From Ramazzottius varieornatus (Eukaryota > Animalia > Tardigrada): a stretch of DNA of 64,000 nucleotides. Below, in pieces: positions 13,001 to 25,603 of the stretch. A model generated the notes under the pieces. It was not told the DNA's origin and did not search any database. It saw only the letters and a list, made by a program, of their open reading frames with translations. The DNA lies in assembly GCA_001949185.1 (NCBI GenBank), contig BDGG01000009.1:1043624-1107623 (forward strand), read 5' to 3'. The translations under genes were made by a program, and so were the position numbers. Positions within the stretch are counted from its first letter, which is position 1. Every line of letters begins with the position of its first letter.

Positions 13001-16000
13001 AAGCCGACGACGATGATGAAGGCCACGAAGAAGATGACGACGTGCGGACGGTGGTTGAAGATGGGACCGTGGTTCTCGACGTTGGAGTCGATGGCGTTGT
13101 AGGCGTACTCGATCCAGCCTTCCGTGGTAGAGACCGTGAAGAGGGTGATGAGTCCTCGGAGGACGTTGTCGAAGTTGAAATTGTGGTTCGTCCATTCCCG
13201 TTCTCGGATGGGCAGGACGGGAGAACCTTTCTTGTACTCGACAAAGTCTCCTCTAGAACAAAGCAACCTGACTATCACCCATGCTCTATTACCAAAATTG
13301 ATGCAGAAAATACAATGATGGCTTCTGAGCGAAAGCGTAGGCTTGTTAGTAGTGCACCATTTTCCCGAACTTACTGGCATTCTTCGAACGTCTGCTTGGA
13401 AGGATCATTGCAGTAGTAGAATCGGCCCTTGAAGAGCTGCGGAAAAAAACACATAGCGATAAAGCAGATGCCGAAAGCAAGAGGCATCTTGGCGGAAGAA
13501 GCATACCTGCACACCAATGATGGTGAAAATGAATATGACGATGAAGGTTATCAGGATGATGTTCCAGATGGTTTTGACTGCCACGACCACACATCGCACA
13601 ACTCTCTGAAAGGACATACTATCTAGTACCAAGCAATGTACCGTATCCACACAGCGAAGAAAATTCCACTCTGACATACCCTTAATCCTTTGGCTCTGTT
13701 GATGGCAATGAGAGGTCTCAGCACACGGAAAACGCGGAGCGCCTTGACAGCGGAAAAGCTCGTCCTCCTGATGGAAGAAGATTCTTTGCAACACAGAAAG
13801 CACTCAAATCAAGATAAATGAATGAAAACACTCACGTGAGAGCGTATGAGATGATGGACAGAAGCACCACCAGAGCGTCGAGAACATTGAAGTGGTTCCT
13901 ACAGAAGGATCCCGGATGCATCCACAAGCCATACGAAATGATCTTCATGGTGATCTCGATGGCGAAGATGACGGTGAAGCCATAGTCGCAGTAGTCCAGA
14001 ATCTACCAGCACAAGAAGGCAAATTGTACTGGTCGCATGATAGCAAGCAAGCTCGGCAATAAAATCTCGACCAAACTGTTTCCCCCAGCGGCGCATGTTT
14101 AAACTGTCATTGGCTGGAAAAGTGCGCCACTTGGACGAACGATCTTCTCGAGTTTTGTCTGCCGAGCTAGCATAAAGGACACAATCCCATTTCCTACTTA
14201 CGATGTCTTTATAGGCCATAGATGCTCGAACAGGGTCCATAGCCGCCAGCAACGCGCTGCTGAAAATTATGCATACCAAGATGAAGGCGCGAAAGCTTCT
14301 GTCACAGCATATTCGGTGCAGCAAAACTCGAAACTTGTTCTCGCGCCGGAATATGTACAGCGAACGGTAGGGCGGATAAGGATCGGACATGCCAGCCGCT
14401 AGCCGCCATCTTGGCTGCTTTTCCTTCGCGCCATACATTGACTCACTGTCCAGACTGTCAGGAGAGTCATCCCTATCGCAGTTGCTGTAGACATCAAGCT
14501 CCAAACTGGTGTCCGCTCTTGACCGATTCTGCTGGCTGGATGACAGCTCGCTTGCTTCGGAGGATGCCTCCTGGTTTTGGACAAAGTACCCTTCGGGAAC
14601 GAACGGATACCTTCGGCCTTCAGACTTGACTTCTTGCGCGGCTTCAGTCTTCTCTTCCGCTGGTGCTGGCGGTGCTCCTTCCGTCTCGCCTAGGTTATCC
14701 ACCGCGATGGCCAGGAAAACATTCAGTAGAATATCTAAGGAGCCACCGGAGTTAGCTTCTTCAAGCATGGAAAGATATTCAAACCTGATCTGGGACGTCG
14801 GAAAGTGATTCAGTAGATTGTTCGTCTCAAGCGGCGTACTTTCTCAGCCAATAACAATGAAGATGTCCGCCACTTGGGAAAACAATTAAACTCGGCAAGA
14901 TCCTTTTCCCCAGTGGCGCACGCTTTCAGCCAACAACATCGAGAGCATGCGCCGCTTGTAAGAACGATATGGGTCAAATCATTTGCCAACGTCCTAATTA
15001 GAAGTCTTCGGATATTTGCGCATACATTTGCCTCCGACGATGACCGCCACGAAGAAGAGGGCGACGAAGACTCCTCCGGAATGCACACCTCCGTAGGACT
15101 GGATACCTTGGTACATGACTTCTTGCCAGTCTTCTCCAGTTAGAATCTAGCAAGAAAGGACCGAAGGATAACAGCAAAGCATCGAAGCTTCTCCGGAAGG
15201 CTTGGAAGAAAACGATGCAGCTCGAGAGTGGCTGGGGATCGGAAGCAGGACTTACTTGGAAGACCGTCAAGAGCGACTGCCAGAAGGAGTCGAACGTCTG
15301 ACGGAAAGGTTCTTCATCAGGATCAGTGTTGAACCTGCCACCGAAGATCTGCATTCCCAGGACGGAAAAGATGAAAACGAAGAGGAAAAGAAGGAAAAGC
15401 AAGCTGGCAATCGAACGAATTGAATTGACAAGGGAAATGGACAAGCTCCGAAGGTTAAACCAGTGATTGGTCACTTTGAAGATGCGCATTAGTCGCGCTG
15501 TCCGAAGCGCGGCAATGCCAAACTCAGGCACCAGAGAGGCATGCACAAGGGCGTATTCCACTATGCTAGTCACCACAACTAGGAAGTCGAACCGATTGAA
15601 CAAGGACTTGAAGTACCCTCGTGGACCGAAGCAGAGGACTTTCAGCAGCATTTCCAACGTGAAGAAGACTATGAAGAGCAGGTTTGTCACATCTGCAAAC
15701 GTGTAAGTCCACATCACTCCTTTGCACAGTTGATACACGTACCTTACTGTATCAACCAAAGTTATCGAAAGATGTGGATGGAGCTCGGGAAGAACAAATT
15801 CGACTTGACTGCTATCACGAGCGGCCGCACAAGTTCAGTACTATCGGCTGGAAGCGTGCGCCACTTGGAAAAACTGGAAAAGATCGTTTCCCAAGTGGCT
15901 GGCGCACGTTCATAGTATTATTTGGCCGAAAGCGTGCGCCACTTGGGAACGCGTTCTAATCAAATCTGGATACTTTTCATTGTTGTGAGCCTGATGTTGT

Positions 16001-18005
16001 GAAGTTGTCTTAAATTATATACACCGTTCTTAGCTCGTATCGTCTGGCAGAGTAAAACATTCGTACAACGCGGTGGAAGACTTTGACGTACCTTGAAACT
16101 CGTCGAGCCATTGAGGTTCGCCGTGATACTTGGTTGAAAGTACCACGGTATTGAGGAAGACCGCCACGATGATCAGCCAGTAGCACGTACGGGACTGAAG
16201 CATCAGCCTTCCGTTGGCGCGCCACCTCTCAATCTTGCGGAAGGTCTCCGTGTTGCTAATGCGCGGTCTGCTCTTGTCTTTCTTCTCTGTTTTCCGCGAC
16301 CAGCCCGGACCTTGCTTCGTGAGGTTCGTGATTTCCTCGCCTTTGGAGATCCAGTCCAGGTAGCCCTGCACCTCCGCTTCGAACTTTTGCTTCTCCACAC
16401 TGGCGCGATACGCTCCTCTCTTGCTTGCTTTTGCGCGCTCTTTGGAGAACATCCTACAGACAAAAGCACTAAACGCGTCATTGGGGGAACATAACAATGT
16501 CTACCTACGAATCAACAGAAAATGCGATGATTTTCATAGCATACCCACTCAGTACGCCCAATACCGAGTTCAGCACGAAGAACGACCCGATGACGATGAG
16601 CGTCAGAAAGTAGATCCATGGCCAGGAATTACCGACAGAATCGTTGATCTAAGATAGACTACTTATGATGGGAATCTAAAACTTGGAGCCGCCGAAACAT
16701 ACTGAAGATGAGACCAAAGGAAACTTGCCCAGTAAAGTACGGCTGTCCATCCCTCCATCGTCAGACACTGCGTAATAAATACTATCAAATGAGAGGCCGC
16801 CAAAAAAAACGTAGAAAGCCGCTGTCTTGAGTGGCGCACGCTTGCAACCAGTAACAGTGGAAACGTGCGCCGTTTGAGATGGCAAGCTCGTATGTCTCGG
16901 TTAAGGCCTCCCAAATATCAAAAACGAAACGCTATGACACGTTATGAGAAGTTCAGGAGTAAAGCTCTTACAATAACGGAAAAGAGAGGCCTTTTGTGGC
17001 TTAATCTTACCTGGAAGACGGTTAGCATCGCCAGGCCGAAGTTGTCAAAGTTTGTAATGCCATAGTTCGGTCCATCCCATCCTTTCCGGCAGACCTCTCC
17101 TTCGTTACAAACGTCGGCAGATCCGCAGGGTTCCGGCTCGGGAACCATCTTCAATGTGCCTGTTGAGAGTATCGAGACGATCTCGCAGTCATATCGTAAA
17201 CCAGTGCGGGAAAGGGTCACAGTTACCGCTATGATTGACGAAGCATGTCTTCTGCAGCGCGCCCATGAAGAGCTCCACACCGATAATGGCATAAGTCATC
17301 AGCATCAGAAGAACCAGCAATTCCACGTGGAGAAGAGGGACCAGAGCTCTTCCTATGGCGTTAAGAACTACCTGGAGACTTCCGACACCTGACAGGACTC
17401 GCAGTGGGCGAAGAACCCGGAAGGCGCGAAGGGCCTTGACGTCCAAGGCTGCGTCGGTGGTCTTTGTGGAGGACGTCAGAAGAGGCACGACGATGGTCAC
17501 CAAGCCCAGCACCACAATGACAAAGTCGACGATGTTCATGAAGCTTCGGAAGTATCCGTCGGACCTCGTGACGAACCCGTAGGCGCAAATCTTCAGGATG
17601 CATTCGACTGTGAAGATGGCGATGAAGTAGATCTCCATTTCTTCCTAAAAAGTGGACCAATCTTTTCCGACAACTGTTCTGTTACAGCTGTTGAAGATTC
17701 ATACCACAACTGCGTTTCTTCTGTTAGAGTCTCCATTGGGGAAGGGAGTACTGATTGCCAGTCCGATGCAGCTCGCCATGATGGCAGCCAGGATGAAGAA
17801 TTCGAAAGGCCTAATCAGGATAAAACTCATCAGGTTCGAACTTCCGATAGAGTACCGAAAACAAACGCACATTCCTTCGTGAATTTGAGAGCTTCACGTA
17901 CCTTGATCTAACAAATCTTCGACACCCTTTTCTAAATGGAGAGTTCTTGCTGGAAGGACGGCAGGCACATGGAGGAGCTTCGTCGTCCTTCGAAGTAGCA
18001 ATCAT
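10042..18005 (-). CDS. Voltage-gated calcium channel alpha-1 subunit, Cav1 (L-type)-like, divergent; multi-exon, start codon uncertain
   Basis: Four S4 segments; EEEE filter (TMEGW, TGEDW, TTEGW, TGEAW); AID-like [12 protein letters not shown]; Cav1-type [10 protein letters not shown] and [18 protein letters not shown]; IQ-like motif near 10290. Confidence 0.93.
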
Positions 18006-19441
18006 TGTGGCTTGTAAGATAGGGATGAAACTGAGGCGGAAGTCGATGCGCTTCGTGCTTCGACCGTAATTTCTTCAGCTGCACACGTCGAGTTATGTCC
18101 AGAGAACCTTTAGGAAGAGGTGCAGCGTTAGTTGTGTGACCGGGAAGGACGGGATCTGAGGGAACGGATATGGATCAAAACTCAACGGAAGTGTGACCTT
18201 CACTTACAGAATCAACGATTCTTCTCATGGCTTTCGACTAGAGTTATTCCGCGCAGATCCTGCAAGACATTTTATCAGAGATCAAACTCAGAGGAGGGAT
18301 AATAAACGTCTGATCATGCCTAAAGAATTATCAGCCATGATAACACATGAGCCGACACGAACTTTTCTTTCGGAGGAAAGTAACGTTCTCTCATTCAAGA
18401 GTCAAAGGTTGATTCCGAACCTTCAAAGCGTGTCCATATTGGCACTCTACTCACCACTTTTCCTGCTCCTCCTTATCAGCGCGACGGACCGTGAAACTTT
18501 CCGTGTCCTTTCCGGCCGATTGACCGAGACAGCAATAAATCTTCCACGGTGTAGTCTCCAGCTCCGCAAAAGACCCAGCGCACAGACTTCCAGGCCTTGT
18601 CCTTCTATTGATAGATCACAAGATGGCGAGAATGAACTGCCTGGCCTCCCTAATAACTCTGCCATACAGTTCGGTCTCCGCTTATCAAAATGGCCGTTGC
18701 AGATTAATATTTTCACCGGATGTGATTGTTGTTGTCAGACTTTCTGCAAGTGATAAGGAATATTTTCTGCCATTTTTTCTTTCGAGTTTTCCTCACGGCA
18801 GGCTGGGAAAGTCTTTTACTGGCAGCGAACTGCCATCGGCTGCCGTAGAGCCATGTTGAAATGGCGAGGTCTCCCGGGCAAAACGCGTCTCATAGGCAGA
18901 CCGAAGGACAAAGCAGCCAACCGCAGTATTCGGCTGGGCGTGGCCCTATTGATACACTTTACGCCTTACAGTCTGGTTCACTCATCTGGCCTCATTGCGG
19001 CTTGTCCAGATTGTCCACCATTATCCTTTCCAAACAATGCTCTTTGTCGATAAATTCATTCAGAAAAAATTGAAACACAAATTCAGGTGAGTACCTCAAG
19101 GTCTTCAGAAGGTTCTTCAACGAAGATTTGTCCCTATTGATGCACGGACCATTGAATTCTTTGTGGTTCTTCAATCGAGATTTTTTGCCCTAGGTGTGAA
19201 AATTTTCGGGACAAGTTTAAGGTGAATGACTGTATCGTACGTACAACTCTTCTCTGATCTCTTTCAAATTTTAAGACAGATTCGTGCTCTACGAAGAAGC
19301 CATCTTGCTGGATCGACCGACACCTTTGCGTTAATTAGTTTTCGTTCTTTCCGTCAGACATCGGTGGATGTTCTTCTTCCCTGACGTTTTTTGTCAAGGT
19401 GTTGTCTTCCTTTTTTTCAGGGCTTCTTCCTCCTCACCAAC

Positions 19442-22400
19442 ATGAACGGCTCAAACAGTCCTCGAAGTACTCATAGTCGGGCCAGCGCGCCGACGCTGAG
19501 GCACACGTCTTCGTTCAACGATGGACGGCATCCTCGACGACAGACATGCCCAGCGGTCTTCCCAAGAGGTTCAGATGGAAGTCCGGTAGGTACAAAGGAG
19601 GAAACGGAAGGAATCGGTCAAATAGGGAAGAGTTGAGAGAGTTCCGGCTGGAAGTAACCCTTTTCTTGATTTGTTTCTTTAGTTACTTCGCGGAGTTTCC
19701 TCAGAGGACATCCACGCCAGCCTGGAACTTCTGGAACACAACTACGACGAGCTGAAAAAGACAATTGAAGGACGGAAAACCTTATTGCAGGTGAGACTTC
19801 TCTTCTTTGAACGAAAATTTTGTGTTTCAGACGAATCGATGCGGAATCGCTGATCGGCCGATCTGATAACCTCGCTGATAACCTCGGCGGTCATCTGGCT
19901 CTTTTGTTGTTGCACAAGTGTTTTGTCTTGCAGGAAGAACTGAGCAACCAGTTCAGTCGTTTACAGGCAAAGCTGGACCAGATTCGAGAGAAGCGACGGG
20001 CTTTGCTGATCGGACTTCTTCCGGAGAACACCGACAATGACGTCCAAAACTCCGAGTCAGCTGGTATCCTCCACATGGGTAATGGACACCATCAGAATGG
20101 CTTCCAAGTTGGTCGAGAAACTCTGGTAAGTTAAACTGAATGAGACGTTAGTTTCTCCGTCTATCGTACCCCAGTCAGTCGCGCGGTAATTTAGTTTTGA
20201 GCGTCCAGATTCCCGCTTGATTCGTAACTTGCTGCGCGATCGAATCGAGGTAAATTGATGTCACAAAAGGTCATGAAAAAGCTGATGGCGAGCAGTTCCG
20301 TGCCTATGGCGTCTGAAATTAGTTACAGAGGTATGCTGTTACGACTCTTACGTCCTGTGTAACATTACAGTGTAACAGCAACCATTAGATGCACTGCGGT
20401 CAGTGTGTAATAAACAGTATGACATGACACTACTGTAACATATGACCGCTTACATCTTTTCAGAATGTTTTGGCGTCCTTCGATGTGGGTTCGCTGGACC
20501 AAACTGATCCTTGTGAGATGGACTTCTTAGGCGAGTACCGAATGCTATACAAGCTGTCCGAAGGTCAGTTTGGCAACGGTGGAGGTGTGATGTACGACCG
20601 GGAAGGACGTCTGATTCGATCGCCCTTCGGCTTCGGTGTACCCGCTGGTGCAATGTGGAATCCCGGAAGTGGCGACGCGATGAACCTGACGGGAGACTCG
20701 GGCTTCAACATGTTCGAGACGCCATCTTGTCACCGAGGAGCCAGCTTGAGCTCCAGTGGAATCTTCTCATCGACCCCGTTCACTCCAACTTTCCCAGATA
20801 ACGTAAGCAGTGAAGTCTCATGGTGAAATGATGATCTGGTCTTCTGAGTTTGGCCGCTTTTTTGTTGCAGAGCTTTGCTTCCTCATCGGCTTTCGGGGCA
20901 GCTCGAATGCAGATGTCGCCGTTCCTCAGCCCGGAACAGAGCGTCTTCACTTTCAGCGACTCGCGCTCGACCGGCGGACTGGGAAGCTTCAGTTCGCAGT
21001 CTCAACATTCTCCACCACAGTCCATGTAAGAGCGTTCTCTTTCAGGCTTTTTCGTGTTAAAGTTTACTTTGTGGAAAAAACATTTCTCTTCTAACACAGT
21101 TTTTGAGCTTTACATTTCGCTGGGGAAACCAAAAATCAAAATGTGATGCCGGCGAATGAATTCATACGGAACGTTATTCCAAGCGGCGTACGCCTCCAGC
21201 CAATAACAACGCTAAAGTGCGCCACTTGAGGCAACGCTATGGGTGAATTCGTTTGCCGACTCTCCAAATATCGGGTAACGTAGAGTCTTGAAATAAATCT
21301 CTTGTCTGTAGCCCGGAGTACCCGTATCAGAACAACTCGTACTCTGGTGTGCCTCGCGCTCTGCAAGGAGTTCCGGAAGGAAACGGTATCGAAGCTGGCG
21401 ACTCGAGCGCCGCAGCCAACTTGCTGAATCCGGCCAACTTGAATAAGCTATTGAATCTAGCAGATCGCTTCCAACGTAAGTTCCATCATAGCCATCATCA
21501 CATACTCAGGATGAATCTGACTAACCATCGTAATTCCTAACCCGAAAAACTTGCTCAAGTGTAGGATGATCAACAGGAAAGCCAATTTTATTGTCATTTT
21601 TAGGTGTCGGTTTGAACGATGGAAATGGACGAAACCCATTTGGCAATGGGAATGGTGGTGTTCGTCGCACGAACTCCAATCCTCCTCGTCGTCGAAGTCG
21701 ACGTGCCTCCTGCCCGGAAGGAAACGGTAACCGTGGATGGGGTCCCATGTACCAAGGACCACGAAATGGAAATTACGGTACCTCTCGAAGTGCTGTAGAA
21801 CTTCAAATGATTTTTCCCAGATCATTATGTCAAGTGGCGCACGTTTACAATGTAACTGGCTCAAAGAATGCGCCACCTGGGAAAACGAGCTGGGAGAATT
21901 TGTATGCCAACGGTCCCATCTTCTAAAGGCCGAAGCAAAGTTGAAATGGCAACTTGAAATATTTTTCATTCTTCGGTGCGGAGTTATTAAGTGATATTGA
22001 CTGTAGTATACTTTTGCAGAAGAGAACGATAACGTCTTCGCCGAGGTCGGCGAAAATGGGTTCTTGCCGGAAGAGGTGACTGGTCGACCTGGTCGCAACA
22101 TGCACGAACTGGAAATCAGGTTCGTGCAACATTACGAAAGGCAGAGGTGGTTCCGATTGTAGTAAGTTTGTCAGACGTGTCAAGGATTTCTCTCCCTTTT
22201 TAGATGTCGCTTTGGAGAAGTTGGGTGCTCGGAGGGTCAGATGACGGCTCCTCATGGATTCTGCTTGGGCGCAAAGACTCGCACTGGTGGACAAGAGATC
22301 ATCGTGGCTGGTAAGAGACTTCCTCCCTTTCGACTGACTTTAAGGTACTCGATCAGTATGAAAATGATCCCGAGGATAAACTATCGTCATATGGACTGGC

Positions 22401-24459
22401 GGAGAACGAAACGTACGAGACTGAGTTTCAGAATGGCGCATGCTCTCGGTCAATAAAACTGACAGCGTGCGCCGCTTCGAAGAATGACCAGATCGACGTT
22501 CCAAGTGGCGCAAGTGTCCAGCCGATAGCAATGAAAACCTGCGCCACGTGCACTTGCACTTGGAAAAGCGGTCCTGCACGTTTTGTTTTGGCGACTTCTA
22601 TGTACGATACTAAAATGGTGAGGATATCAATTTTGGTTTACATCAGAAGGGTGTTCTTTGCAGATACCAACAACCATCGAATTGAGTTTTTCGATGACGA
22701 AGGACGCTTCTTGTGGCAGTTTGGGCGTTCGGGGAAGCAGAGCGGGCAGCTGTGTCATCCTCGCAAGGTGGCATTCTTTGCCGAGACCAACAAGCTGGTG
22801 GTGTGTGACCGTGGCAGCGAGCGCTCGCGTCTGCAGATCTTCGGGCTGGCCGATCGTCGAGCGAAGTTCGAACGAGCCATCATCCTCGACTACGTGGCCA
22901 TCGTGGCGGGACTGACCACTTTCCGCAACCTGGTAGGAAGAGAAGTTTATGAAAATGGGGTAAAAGTCTTTTGTGCTGTTAGAGTAAAATTCCCAAAGAT
23001 CTTCCGAAAAATCGTGCATGTGGGTTGTTCTTGAAGTCTGAGATCTGTCCAACGAGCATTTCCGCGGCGAATGTGGCGGACTTGACCACTTTCCGGGGCT
23101 TGACAGTAGGAAAAGAGTTCTATGCAAATGGGGTAACGTACTTCATGTGCGTGTTTGTTCTTTACTTCCGGGTTAAGATCCGTCAATATAAACCTGCCGG
23201 TCCCTCGCACAGCTACACACAGAAAACTCTGCAATTCAGCGTGAAAGTTTGGAATGCTGGTGCATGACGATCCTACCGTTTTTGTGCCACTCGATTGTCA
23301 TGCTATCGCGCACCTGCATACAGGTGCTTGAACACTGCCAAGGATTCCGCTGTATGCAGCTGCCGCTAGTCCGCCAGTTTGTCTGCTGACTGTGTTTCCA
23401 CGCGTGTTATCCACCTGCATGCGTGGAACTATTCTGCTGTGGTTTGTCGGTATGCCGGTGCATGAGAAGTTAGTTTCGCCTTTGTCGGCTTCACGATTCA
23501 TGTCGTTTTGTGAACTACTTAGTTTCTTTTAAGGTGTTTGTGTAAGTTTGACGGTAAACTTTCGTATGAGTGAGTTGTTTTTTCTTCTTCTTGTGCAGAT
23601 CGTGGTGGTTGACAGCGTGAACCCTTCGTGCATCGTGATGAACCAGAGCGGGGAAATTCGCTTTAGTTTCCCCTGCAAGCAGGACATGAAGGAGCCTTCG
23701 GACGTGGTGGTGGCCAACAACCTTTTCTACATCTGCGACTTCAAGGGTCACTCGGTGTGCACCTATGATGGTACCGGTGCTTTCGTAGCCAAGATTGGTG
23801 ACAAGAACCACATCAGTTTCCCCAACGGCATCGATGTCACTCCGGAAGGACACGTCTTGGTGGGAGACAGCCACGGTAATCGCTTCCATGTGGCCATGTA
23901 CGACGCCAACGGCACTTTCTTGGCCGACTACGAATGTCCCCATATGAAGGTAGTTTCAACCGAACCTAAACCTGAAATTTGAAACTTTTGTTGATATTAT
24001 ACAAGCTTAAACGAAACATGAAAGCAAACTCTGTATGACTGCTCTCGCAAGTGGCGCACGTTTTCTGTGCTTTCGCCTGACCGCGTGCTTCACTTGGGAA
24101 AATGATCTTGTCGACTCTGTCTACTCATGTCCTAAATCGGGGATCAAAACCGAAACCATCACCGGGAAATTTTTTTACTGCAGAGCAGAAATGAATTGAG
24201 ATAGGGAAGGAATAATCAGTTGAAAATTCAACATGGAAATTGGTAGAATGGAACGAATTGTTATAATATTCAGACTAACTGTTTTCAATTGTAGGTAAGT
24301 CGATGCTGTGGACTGGTGCTGACTCCGCAAGGCCACATTGTGACGATCGCCAAGAATAATAATTTCGTGCTGATCCTGGAACGTCTGGACCGAGAAATCC
24401 AGGGATTTTCGGATGGAGACCACTCGGCCAGCGAGTACCAGAATCAGGTTTCTTATTGA
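19442..24459 (+). CDS. Mei-P26-like TRIM-NHL family protein (coiled coil, low-complexity region, NHL beta-propeller); no RING/B-box visible
   Basis: NHL exons carry motifs typical of Mei-P26: [76 protein letters not shown]. Coiled-coil exons lie at 19683-20125. Confidence 0.85.
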
Positions 24460-25603
24460 GTTCTTGTGAAGTTTAGTCGGCTCTTGCCAAAGTTTTGGTC
24501 CTTTTGACCTGTCACCATCACACTGTGGGTTTTGTCCACTCTGACGGTTGTGCCCATTTGTTGTGTCATCTCCTTTTAGCGTGTTATCGCATCGTATTTT
24601 CCTCGCCAATTGGTTTTCCTTTTTTTGGAGACTTGGGTCATTGCATGGCTGAATGTGGAAAGGCCTCTTTACGGTAGTACCTCGGTTCCTGAATTTTCTT
24701 GATTTCGGTTCGTTATTTCTCTTAACCTCTAACCTTCTCTTACCTCGTTTTGGTAAGGTTCTGTCGGGCCGTTTTATTTTTCTCTGTCATCTTATTACTT
24801 GCAAGTTTTTTCGGTGCGAGACATTCCCTCGGAAATATAAAAAACTAACCATGAAATCCGTCTTTCTGAGTGCCGCAGGCTTCCAGCTTATATAGAAAAG
24901 GTGCGCCACTTCGGCGAACTATTTCGAGGATTTTTTTCACCGAAGTGGCGCGCGTTTACGGTGCTGTTGGCTGGAAGCGTGCGCTACTTGAAAGAACGAC
25001 TTGGTCGAGTTTGTTCAATGAGTTCTCGGTTGAGCATCGAACGGACCTTGGTTAGGTCGCTAGTACATGAAGAACCTCTCATGGACAGCTTGGTCCATCG
25101 GCTCTCATGGCTTGTATGGTATCGGTTATCGAGGATTGCAGATGGACTTTCGCGTCAGCGGATGATCCTTTTGACGTCTTTGTTGAGCGGCAACCGAGCG
25201 CCACACGTAGCGCAAACGCAAGCTTGCAGTGGATCTGGTTACTATTTAGCGGAGCAAGACCTAGTTGGTCCATGATGAAGTGGCGTTTTGGCCGCGCAGG
25301 CAAGATGACGGAGTAGTTATAAAATTTCCTGCTGTTGTAATCAGTCATGAGATGTCTTGTCGCAAATATACACGATCGTATTTCCTACCTGTTGATACTC
25401 TGCAAACACATTTGAGTTCATAGTCGATCGTCATCGAGACAGATAAAAACAGCTTAATTGCCCTGCAGTATCGTTGCAGCACAGCTATAGCTTAAATTGC
25501 TTCTTCGAGAAACGCTGTCGGTAAAAGTTCCCCCGGTTCTGCACGAAGTATGTTTTGAGACAACAGAACATACATCCCTATTCTTATGCGACGAAGTCAG
25601 AGG

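Noticed and set aside
12918-13416. Acidic (+) and Ser/Thr-rich (-) ORFs overlapping Cav1 exons
   Set aside because: They are antisense or frame-shifted shadows of GC3-rich hydrophobic codons.
14738-15030. Family A as an Introner (intron-creating element)
   Set aside because: Splice sites lie tens of bp outside the element ends, both orientations occur, and several host introns appear to sit at conventional positions (e.g. after LTVFQ in Cav). The elements look inserted into existing introns.
18000-18228. Upstream Cav1 micro-exon MRRIVDS at 18228
   Set aside because: No in-frame acceptor joining it to the conserved N-terminal frame could be found, so the start is left uncertain.
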